Shown: positions 6,356 through 14,600 of the stretch, piece by piece
How the letters are laid out: every line of letters begins with the position of its first letter
Position numbering within the stretch: the first letter of the stretch is position 1
DNA from: an uncultured Desulfuromonadales bacterium
GTDB taxonomy: Bacteria > Desulfobacterota > Desulfuromonadia > Desulfuromonadales > Geopsychrobacteraceae
Direction of reading: 5' to 3'
DNA length: 24,000 bases
NCBI GenBank assembly: GCA_947259535.1
Contig: CAMYME010000032.1
Span: forward strand, 18,649 to 42,648
Made by a program: the position numbers and the translations under genes
The notes under the pieces: generated by a model
Databases searched by the model: none
What the model was told of the DNA's origin: nothing
What the model saw: the letters and a program-made list of their open reading frames with translations, nothing else

Positions 6356-7519
6356 TTGATGAGCGATTTGATTTACCTCGATAATGCTGCCACCAGTCAT
6401 CCCAAGCCGGAAGCCGTCTACCGGGCGGTAGAAGACGCCATGCGCATGGGCGCCAGCCCGGGCCGCGGCGGACATCAGCAGGCGCTGTCGGCCGAACGGT
6501 TGGTGTTTGAAACCCGGGAGACACTCGCCAATTTTTTCAACGCCGAGGACTCCGAACAGTTCATCTTTGCTGCCAATGCCACCATGGCGATCAACCAGGC
6601 CCTGTTCGGTATATTGGAGTCCGGCGACCGGGTGGTGACCACCAGCCTGGAGCATAACGCCGTCGCGCGGCCTTTGCGGGCACTGCAGGAGCGCGGCGTC
6701 AGGGTCGAAAAGGTCGCTGCCGGGCCGGATGGGGTCGTTGCCGCTGAAGCGTTGAAAGAATCCTGTCTGGCAGAGAAAACCAGGCTGCTGGTTGTCAATC
6801 ACTGCTCGAATGTCTATGGCGCCCTGCAGCCGATCGAAGGGCTGGGAAACTGGTGCCGTGAACAGGGCATTCTGTTTATGGTTGATGGCTCGCAGAGCGC
6901 CGGTTATTTCCCCATCGATTTTCAGGCTTTGGCTGTCGATCTGTTCGCAGCTCCCGGCCATAAAGGTCTGCTCGGGCCGCAGGGGACCGGTTTTTTGTAT
7001 GTGCGCAAGGGGTTGCAGCTGACCCCATTAATCTATGGCGGCACAGGCGCGAACTCCGGTTCCGACCTGCCTCCCGAGCATCTCCCAGAGCGACTCGAAT
7101 GCGGCACCCTGAACACCCCTGGTCTTGGCGGACTGAAGGCGGCGCTTGAGTTTTTGCAGGGAGTTGGCGTAGAACAGGTTCGCAAGCATGAGCTGCAGGC
7201 GATCAATAGAATATTGAATGGGCTCGGCAACATCGAAGCTGTAACCCTCTACGGGCCGGAATCTGCGACACAGCGCGGCACCGCCATCTCTTTCAATCTG
7301 CAGGGGCGTGATCCGTCCGAGGTCGGTTTCTTACTCGACCAGCAGTATAACATCAGCCTGCGGGTCGGCCTGCATTGCGCCCCCGACGCTCATCGCAGCA
7401 TCGGGACCTATCCGCTGGGAACAGTGCGGGTGAGCCCCGGCTATTTCACCACGGAATCTGAAATCGACACTTTCCTTGGCGCGATTCGTGACCTTGCTCA
7501 CAACCGCGCTAAAAGCTGA
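6356..7519 (+). CDS. Class-V aminotransferase-fold PLP enzyme; cysteine desulfurase / selenocysteine lyase family
   Basis: The ORF is about 386 aa, and the likely start is ATG 6359. The N-terminus is IYLDNAATSHPKP...GASPGRGGH. The PLP-lysine motif is APGHKGLLGPQGTGFLY. The active-site Cys lies in RVGLHCAPDAH. It starts 10-13 nt after the SPASM gene. Confidence 0.8.
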   Translation: MMSDLIYLDNAATSHPKPEAVYRAVEDAMRMGASPGRGGHQQALSAERLVFETRETLANFFNAEDSEQFIFAANATMAINQALFGILESGDRVVTTSLEHNAVARPLRALQERGVRVEKVAAGPDGVVAAEALKESCLAEKTRLLVVNHCSNVYGALQPIEGLGNWCREQGILFMVDGSQSAGYFPIDFQALAVDLFAAPGHKGLLGPQGTGFLYVRKGLQLTPLIYGGTGANSGSDLPPEHLPERLECGTLNTPGLGGLKAALEFLQGVGVEQVRKHELQAINRILNGLGNIEAVTLYGPESATQRGTAISFNLQGRDPSEVGFLLDQQYNISLRVGLHCAPDAHRSIGTYPLGTVRVSPGYFTTESEIDTFLGAIRDLAHNRAKS

Positions 7520-7547
7520 CTGGCAGATTCTCAAAAGGAATGCGATA

Positions 7548-7820
7548 ATGAGATCAATAACCCGCTCTCTCCCGGTTCTGATGGTCCTGGTGTTTCTGCT
7601 CTCCTGTTCATTACCGCCCGAACAGCCGGTGACCCGGAAGATGCTTAAAGCGTCGGGTGTTTATCGCACCTTCAAAATCGAAGAGTCACCGGAAGAGCTG
7701 CTCAATGCTCTCAATGTCGAGGGTGAGGTGGTGATAAAGGCGCTTGAGAGCAACAGGCCGGTTTTCGTCAAGATCCTGGCGACCGCCGAAGGGCTGCAGG
7801 TCACCACCTACGACCGCTGA
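7548..7820 (+). CDS. Small hypothetical lipoprotein
   Basis: I prefer ATG 7548 (with AAAGGAA upstream) to the track start at 7476. It gives MRSITRSLPVLMVLVFLLSC, a signal peptide plus lipobox. The protein is 90 aa and I recognise no family. Confidence 0.5.
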   Translation: MRSITRSLPVLMVLVFLLSCSLPPEQPVTRKMLKASGVYRTFKIEESPEELLNALNVEGEVVIKALESNRPVFVKILATAEGLQVTTYDR

Positions 7821-7870
7821 AACAAAATTGAGGTAACTTCTGTCAACTCTAGAATGAAGGCTGCGATGCG

Positions 7871-9187
7871 ATGAAAAATTATGTTCTGGATACCAATGTC
7901 CTGCTGCATGATCCTCAAGCGATTTTTAAATTTTCCGACAATAACGTTATTATTCCGCTGACCGTCATCGAAGAGATCGATCGGTTTAAAAAGGAACAGA
8001 GTGAAACCGGCCGCAACGCCCGCCAGATCTCCCGGATGGTCGACGAATTCCGCGCCCACAACAGCCTGGTCGAAGGGGTTCCGCTGGAAAGCGGCGGGAC
8101 GCTGAAAGTCGCCATTTACCGCGAGGAATTCCTGAAGAAATTGCCGCCGGAGTTGCGCGTCGACCGTGGCGACAACCGGATCCTGGCGGTCGCTAAAGAT
8201 CTGGAGGAGAACCTGCCGGAAGGTTCGGTTTTCTTTATCACCAAGGACATCAACCTGCGCATCAAGGCCGATACCATCGGCATGATCGCCGATGATTACC
8301 TGAACGACAAGATTGCCATCGACGATCTTTACACCGGGACCACTGAGCTGCATGTCGATCGTGACGCGGTCGACCTGTTTTTCGAGCAGGGCTATCTCGA
8401 CCTTGAGGAAGAGTATAATTCGAATCAGGGAATTACCCTGATCGATGCGGGGAACCCATCTCATTCGGCGATCGGCCGTTACGATGCCCTGAACCAGCGC
8501 CTGACCACTCTGCTGCGGGTGCCCAAGGAAGGGGTCTGGGGGATTCATCCGCGCAATCGCGAGCAACAGTTCGCCTTCGACTTGCTGCTCAACGACGACA
8601 TCCAACTGGTCTCGCTGGTCGGCAAGGCGGGCACCGGGAAAACCCTGCTGGCGATCGCTGCCGGGTTGTTCAAGACCGCCGATGAAAGCATCTACAGCCG
8701 GCTGCTGGTTTCCCGCCCGGTCTTCCCCATGGGTCGCGACCTCGGGTTCCTGCCCGGCGACGTCGAGGAAAAGCTGGCACCCTGGATGCAGCCGATATTC
8801 GATAATGTCGAGCTGCTGCTGTCCAGTGTCGAGGAGGGTGGCAAGCGCAAGCGTGGCTATCGTGAATTGATCGATCTCGGCCTGATGGAAATCGAGCCGC
8901 TGACCTATATTCGTGGTCGCTCCATCCCGCGGCAGTACATGATTGTCGACGAAGCGCAGAACTTGACACCGCACGAAATCAAAACCATTATTACCCGCGC
9001 CGGGGAGGGGACCAAGATCGTCCTGACCGGCGACCCGTACCAGATCGATAATCCCTACGTCGATTCTTCGAGCAACGGCCTGACCTATGCGGTCGAGCGG
9101 CTCAAAGGGCAGGAGATTGCCGGTCACATGACGTTAAGCAAAGGCGAACGTTCCTCCCTGGCGGAATTGGCGGCAAACCTTCTCTAG
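7871..9187 (+). CDS. PIN-domain / PhoH-like ATPase fusion protein (PhoH2/YlaK type)
   Basis: The 438-aa protein has an N-terminal PIN signature (YVLDTNVLLHDP...IIPLTVIEEID). It also has PhoH Walker A (GKAGTGKT) and Walker B-like (IVDEAQNLT) motifs and the C-terminal GDPYQID motif. Confidence 0.85.
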   Translation: MKNYVLDTNVLLHDPQAIFKFSDNNVIIPLTVIEEIDRFKKEQSETGRNARQISRMVDEFRAHNSLVEGVPLESGGTLKVAIYREEFLKKLPPELRVDRGDNRILAVAKDLEENLPEGSVFFITKDINLRIKADTIGMIADDYLNDKIAIDDLYTGTTELHVDRDAVDLFFEQGYLDLEEEYNSNQGITLIDAGNPSHSAIGRYDALNQRLTTLLRVPKEGVWGIHPRNREQQFAFDLLLNDDIQLVSLVGKAGTGKTLLAIAAGLFKTADESIYSRLLVSRPVFPMGRDLGFLPGDVEEKLAPWMQPIFDNVELLLSSVEEGGKRKRGYRELIDLGLMEIEPLTYIRGRSIPRQYMIVDEAQNLTPHEIKTIITRAGEGTKIVLTGDPYQIDNPYVDSSSNGLTYAVERLKGQEIAGHMTLSKGERSSLAELAANLL

Positions 9188-9204
9188 CTCAGAATTGCAT
9201 TTCG

Positions 9205-10224
9205 ATGTTGTTATTAGCCCTGGAAAGCTCCTGTGACGAAACCGCCGCTGCGGTTGTTCGTGACGGCACCGCTGTTCTCTCCAACCTGATCGCTTCGCAG
9301 GCCGATCTGCACGCCGTTTATGGCGGCGTCGTACCCGAGCTGGCATCTCGACGTCACCTTGAAGTGATCAATCCGCTGGTCGAAGCGGCGCTCAATCAGG
9401 CCGATGTCACTCAGGGCGACCTCGATGGCGTGGTGGTGACACGTGGTCCCGGACTGATCGGGGCACTGCTGGTCGGACTTTCGTTTGCCAAGGCCTTCGC
9501 CTATGCCCGTCAGATTCCGTTGGTCGGGGTTCACCACATCGAGGGGCACATCCTTGCCATCCAACTGGAAAAAAAGGTCGAATATCCCTTCCTGGCCGCT
9601 GCGGTCTCCGGAGGGCATACCCATCTGTTTCGGGTCGATGGTATCGGCCAGTACCGGCTGCTGGGACGGACGGTGGATGACGCTGCCGGTGAGGCCTTCG
9701 ATAAGGTCGCCAAGATGCTCAAGCTTGGTTATCCCGGTGGCCCGATTATTGACAAACTGGCTTCCAGCAGTGACGACGGCGGAATCGTCTTCCCCAGGCC
9801 GATGCTGAAAAAAGAGAATTACGATTTCAGTTTTTCCGGCATGAAGACCGCTGTGCTCAATTATCTCCACTCGCTAACCGGTGAGCCGGACGAGCGGCAG
9901 ATCGCACAAATCTCCGCAGCCTTTCAGACCGCCGTGGTCGATGTGCTGACGAAAAAAGCGCTGCGCGCCGCCGCAGCCGAAGGGCTGAACCGGATTGTCG
10001 TTGCTGGCGGAGTGGCCTGCAACAGCGGTTTGCGCCGTCGTTTCGCAGAGCTTGCCGAGCAAAACCAGCTCGAGGTGCATTTCCCTTCACCGATCCTCTG
10101 TGCCGATAATGCGGCCATGCTCGCAGTGGCAGGGGAGCACTATCTGACCCAGGGTTTCCGCTCTGGCCTCGACCTCAACGCTGTTTCTAGCTGGCCGCTG
10201 GAGCAGGCCGCCTGTTTCCCCTGA
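9205..10224 (+). CDS. tsaD: tRNA N6-adenosine threonylcarbamoyltransferase
   Basis: The 339-aa protein has LALESSCDETAAAV at the N-terminus, the VGVHHIEGH metal-binding motif and the GGVACN motif. Its length is typical of TsaD (Gcp/YgjD). Confidence 0.9.
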   Translation: MLLLALESSCDETAAAVVRDGTAVLSNLIASQADLHAVYGGVVPELASRRHLEVINPLVEAALNQADVTQGDLDGVVVTRGPGLIGALLVGLSFAKAFAYARQIPLVGVHHIEGHILAIQLEKKVEYPFLAAAVSGGHTHLFRVDGIGQYRLLGRTVDDAAGEAFDKVAKMLKLGYPGGPIIDKLASSSDDGGIVFPRPMLKKENYDFSFSGMKTAVLNYLHSLTGEPDERQIAQISAAFQTAVVDVLTKKALRAAAAEGLNRIVVAGGVACNSGLRRRFAELAEQNQLEVHFPSPILCADNAAMLAVAGEHYLTQGFRSGLDLNAVSSWPLEQAACFP

Positions 10225-10240
10225 GTCGAAGTGAAACACT

Positions 10241-10738
10241 ATGTGGCGGCGATGGGGCTTTTTTCGGCAGTTCAAACTTAACCTGATAAGACTGATCCGC
10301 CTGCGCGCCGAACCGGATGCCGTTGCTCGTGGCATGGCGCTGGGGCTGTTCATCGGCATGACCCCGACTTTCGGGGTGCAGATGGGCATCGCACTGTTCT
10401 TTGCTTTTCTGTTGCGCCAGAATAAAATTGCCGCCCTGATCGGGGTGTGGAACACCAACCCGCTAACCGCTCCATTTATTTACGGACTGGAGTACGAAGT
10501 CGGCCGGGTTCTGCTGGGCATTGCTCGTCCATACAACCTGGATGCCTTTACCTACGAGGCTTTAACTGAACTCGGCTGGCAGGTGCTTGCCCCGCTCTGC
10601 CTGGGCAGCCTGGTTCTGGGGATTCCGGTCGCGGCGATCGGATACGCCTTGACGGTTCGCTTTGTCCCGGTCATGCGTCAGTGGCGGATTCCCCGCTGGC
10701 CGCGACGCCGCCAGGAAGATATCTCCTCTGATGAATAA
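10241..10738 (+). CDS. DUF2062-family small membrane protein
   Basis: The 165-aa ORF contains the pattern P..VA.G.ALG.FIG.TP..G.Q...A......R.NK.AA..GVW..NP.T, which I recall for DUF2062. It has 3-4 TM segments. Confidence 0.6.
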   Translation: MWRRWGFFRQFKLNLIRLIRLRAEPDAVARGMALGLFIGMTPTFGVQMGIALFFAFLLRQNKIAALIGVWNTNPLTAPFIYGLEYEVGRVLLGIARPYNLDAFTYEALTELGWQVLAPLCLGSLVLGIPVAAIGYALTVRFVPVMRQWRIPRWPRRRQEDISSDE

Positions 10739-11540
10739 TTCCCGCTACCGGACAAAAAAACGTTTCGGCCAGCATTTCCTGCATGACCGTTCAGTCATTG
10801 ACCGGATCGTTGCCGCGGCCCGTATCGAGGCTGAGCACGAAGTGGTTGAAATCGGCCCCGGATTAGGCGTGCTGACCGACGAACTGCTGCCGCGCGCGGC
10901 CCGGGTTCATGTCATGGAGATCGACCGCGACCTGATCGAACGCCTTGAGGCGCGGGATGATGAGCGGCTTACCGTACATGCCGGCGATGTCCTCAAGCTT
11001 CCCTGGCAGCAGTGCCTGCCTGACCCGCCCTATACCCTGGTGGCCAACCTGCCTTACAACATTTCCAGCCAGATCGTTTTTCGGCTGCTCGACCACCGTC
11101 CGTTGTTCCGGCGCATGGTGCTGATGTTTCAGCGCGAGGTTGGAGAACGCCTGGTCGCGGCTCCCGGCGGCAAAGATTACGGAATCCTCTCGGTGCTCTG
11201 TCAGCTCTGGTACGAGATTCGCGTCGTCACCCTGGTCAAGCCGGGCGCCTTTAACCCGCCGCCGAAAGTCGATTCGATCGTCCTTGATTTCCTGCCCCTG
11301 GAACAACCTCGGGTCGATCCGGTTGATGAAGCGTTTTTTGTGAAGGTTGTCAAGGCTGCATTTACCCAGCGGCGCAAAACCCTGCGAAACAGTCTGCAGG
11401 CCGGAGGATTTCCTGCAGCGCAGATCGCTGCCGCCTTGCCACAGGCCGGCATCGACCCCGGCTGTCGCGGTGAGACCCTGACGCTGGCCGATTTTTCCCG
11501 TCTGGCCAAATCCCTGTTCCATTTCCAGAAAAATAAATAA
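10731..11540 (+). CDS. rsmA: 16S rRNA (adenine1518/1519-N6)-dimethyltransferase
   Basis: I prefer ATG 10731 (MNNSRYRTKKRFGQHFL...), which overlaps the upstream stop by 8 nt. The SAM-binding motif is VVEIGPGLGVLT, and NLPYNISS is also present. The protein is about 269 aa. Confidence 0.9.
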   Translation: MNNSRYRTKKRFGQHFLHDRSVIDRIVAAARIEAEHEVVEIGPGLGVLTDELLPRAARVHVMEIDRDLIERLEARDDERLTVHAGDVLKLPWQQCLPDPPYTLVANLPYNISSQIVFRLLDHRPLFRRMVLMFQREVGERLVAAPGGKDYGILSVLCQLWYEIRVVTLVKPGAFNPPPKVDSIVLDFLPLEQPRVDPVDEAFFVKVVKAAFTQRRKTLRNSLQAGGFPAAQIAAALPQAGIDPGCRGETLTLADFSRLAKSLFHFQKNK

Positions 11541-11553
11541 TCTTAACCTTGCC

Positions 11554-11582
11554 TTGCTTACCCTCTCGGCTTCGATTATCAT
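11554..11582 (+). promoter_or_regulatory. Possible sigma-70-type promoter for the glutamate dehydrogenase gene
   Basis: TTGCTT (11554-11559), a 17-nt spacer and TATCAT (11577-11582) lie in the 124-nt intergenic gap. This is a pattern match only. Confidence 0.25.
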
Positions 11583-11664
11583 TTCATGACGATCAGCGGC
11601 GTTCTGCTAATCTGTCGTCTAACGCGCTGGACTTACATAAAAATATCGCTCAAGGGAGTTCGGG

Positions 11665-14600
11665 ATGAAAGTGACTGTTGCCCGCGGCGGACAATTGTCC
11701 GAAGGTCATGACGCAGCATTCCAGAATGTGAAACTCGAAGCCGAATTGAAACGCCTTGGGCAGGAGGAGTGGTTAGAGAAGCTCATCCAGCTGGCGGACC
11801 TGCTGCGAGTACAGATTCCGGAAAATTACCTGGTATCCCTCGATTCTGCAGAGTTGGCGCAACGCCTGATCAGTGTCGGAAACTTTCTCCGGCAGCGGGA
11901 CAGCGAAATCAAAGTCGAGCTGATCCCCTTGGCGACGCCGGGTCATTACTCGCTGTTCTGCAGCGCTCCCGATGCCAATCATATTTTTTCCTCGGTTCAA
12001 GAATACCTGCAGCGTAAATCGCTGCACTTTCGTGTTATCTGCCATCCGATCTTCTCTGTCGAGCGCCATGCCGGGACCTTGAACCGGCTTACCGAGGGGG
12101 ACAGTTCGCTGGAGAGAGAGTCGTTCATCTGGATGGAGCTCGAACGGTTGCCGGTCCGCCTGATCGAAGAGCTCAAGCAGGGCGTCGCGATGATCGTCGC
12201 GGCAGCTTTGCAGACTTATCGCCACCGCGAGCAGACCTGCCAAAGGATTGATGGGCTGCGACAGATTCCCAACCTTGCCCGGTATGCCGATCTTTTCGAC
12301 TGGCTGATGGAGGACAATTTCATCCCGGTCGCCAGCCGCTGCTATCATTTCGCCGGTGGCGACCCGCAGGCTGCACTGGTCGAAGAACCTGAGTATGCTC
12401 TCGGGCTGGCTGAGCTTTATGATCAGCCGTTCGATGTCCATATTCAACCGGTGCCACTGGCTCCCCAGCTGATTGAATCGATGGTGCGGCACAGCGGCGA
12501 TGTCGCTTTGGAAAAAACCGAGCTGCGGTGCCCGCTGCACCGTTTCGAGCGTTTGACGTACATCGGCTTTCGCGAGACTCTGCCTGCTGGCGGCTACCGC
12601 GAACATGCCTTCTGGGGGTTTTATACCCAGCAGAGCATCGATGCCAATACCTACTCGATTCCGGCCCTGCGGCAACGGATCGAGACCATTCAGGCTCAGC
12701 TGAACATCCTGCACGACAGCCATAACTATCGGAAAACCGTTCAGATTTTCAACACATTTCCCAAGGTCGAGCTGTTTTTGATGGGGGATGACGAACTGCG
12801 CCGGATGATGCGCTCGTTCACCCAGATGCATCGCCAGGCGGGGGTCAAGGTGGTGGTCGCGCCCAGCATGTCTGAGCACGGCCTGACCCTGCTGTTGATC
12901 ATGCCAAAGGACTTCTACTCGCCGGACCATCTCTCGCGCATCGAAACCTACCTGCGCCGCTATTTTCGCGCGACTTCAGTCGAGTCGCGACTGATCCATC
13001 TTTCGTCGGACTATCTGAGCCTGCATGTCAATTTGCGACTGAATAAGAGCGAAGTCCATATCGAAATCCAGCAACTCGAACAGGGGCTGACCAGGCTGGC
13101 GCTGCCTTGGAAGCTGAAGTTTCGGGACCTGCTGGAAAAGAACTTCGCCGCCGATTCCTTCGATATCTGGGAGCGCTACATCAAGGCCTTTGACAATGAC
13201 TACCGGGCCCGCACCCACCCGCGCTTTGCCGTTCGCGATGTCCGCAATATCGAACAATTGCTGCGCGAAGAGCAGGACTTTTTCGATATCTGGGGTCCGT
13301 TTCACGAGCGCGATGATTACTACCGCCTGCAGTATTACAGCTTGCAGGAAAGCTACCTCAATGACCTGATGCCGTTCCTGGAAAACCTCGATCTGTACGT
13401 AATCGAGGAAGTCGATTTCACCATCGCCATTACCGACCGGACGGCTTATATCAAGAGCTTCGCCATCCGCCCGAGAACGACGACCGCGTTTGATTTCAAG
13501 GAACTTCGGGATTTGCTGCTGAATACCTTGTCGGCGATGAAGAAGAAAGAGGTCGAAAATGATTATCTGCATCGCCTGTTGCCGCTTACGGCTCTAACCT
13601 GGCGGCAGATTGATGTTTTTCGCGCCTATCGCAACTATTATTTTCAGCTCGGCTGCCCCTTTACCAAAAAACGTGTTGCGTACGCGCTGATCAACAATGC
13701 CCGTGTGGCGCTGCTGCTTTACCGATATTTTGCCGGGCGCTTCAAGCCGGCTGAAGAATGGGCCGACCCGATGACGCGTGAGCTGGAAGTGCTCTCGCCG
13801 ATCCGGCAGGAGCTGGCTGCGGCTCTTGAGGAGGTCAGTGACAGCAACGAAGACAGGATTCTGCGCACCCTGTTCAACCTGATCGATTCAACGGTGCGAA
13901 CCAATTTCTTCCTGCGCAGTGAAAGCGACGATTATTTCATCTCCTTCAAGGTCAGTTCGCTCGGCGTCATCGACATGCCGGCGCCGCGTCCGCTGTACGA
14001 GGTCTACGTCCATTCAGCGACCATGGAGGGAATCCACCTGCGCGGCGGCAAGGTCGCCCGTGGCGGCATCCGCTGGTCTGACCGCCCGGACGACTTCCGC
14101 ACCGAGGTGCTCGGCCTGGTCAAAGCGCAAATGACCAAAAACGCCGTGATTGTTCCGGTCGGCTCCAAGGGTGGTTTTGTGACTAAAAAGACCAGCCCCA
14201 ACCGCGAGCGCATGGGCGAACTGGTGAAACAGGCCTATCAGACCCTGATGCGCGGGCTGCTCGACCTGACCGACAACCGGACACCTGAAGGGGTCATCCG
14301 GCCGCCGGGAATCATCGCCTACGACGATCAGGATCCCTACCTGGTGGTGGCCGCCGACAAGGGTACAGCGCACCTGCCCGACACCGCCAACGCGGTCAGC
14401 GAGTCGTACAACTTCTGGCTGGGCGATGCGTTCGCCAGCGGCGGTTCCCACGGTTACGACCACAAGAAGCTGGGGATCACCGCCCGCGGCGCCTGGGAGA
14501 GCGTCAAACGGCTGTTCCGCGAGATGGGGCACGATACCCAGTCCGAACCCTTTAGCGTGGTCGGCATCGGCGACATGAGCGGCGATGTGTTCGGCAACGG

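Noticed and set aside
7548-7820. I considered whether the small gene upstream of PhoH2 could be an antitoxin-like partner, as described for a small upstream ORF in mycobacterial phoH2 loci.
   Set aside because: It encodes a signal peptide with a lipobox, so it is an exported lipoprotein. It is separated from phoH2 by 50 nt. This is not consistent with a cytoplasmic antitoxin.
7828-7855. A promoter-like TTGAGG-16 nt-TAGAAT lies upstream of the PIN-PhoH2 gene.
   Set aside because: The -10 element overlaps the only SD-like sequence (GAAGG 7855-7859) and would leave a leader of about 9 nt. The evidence is contradictory, so it is not reported as a feature.
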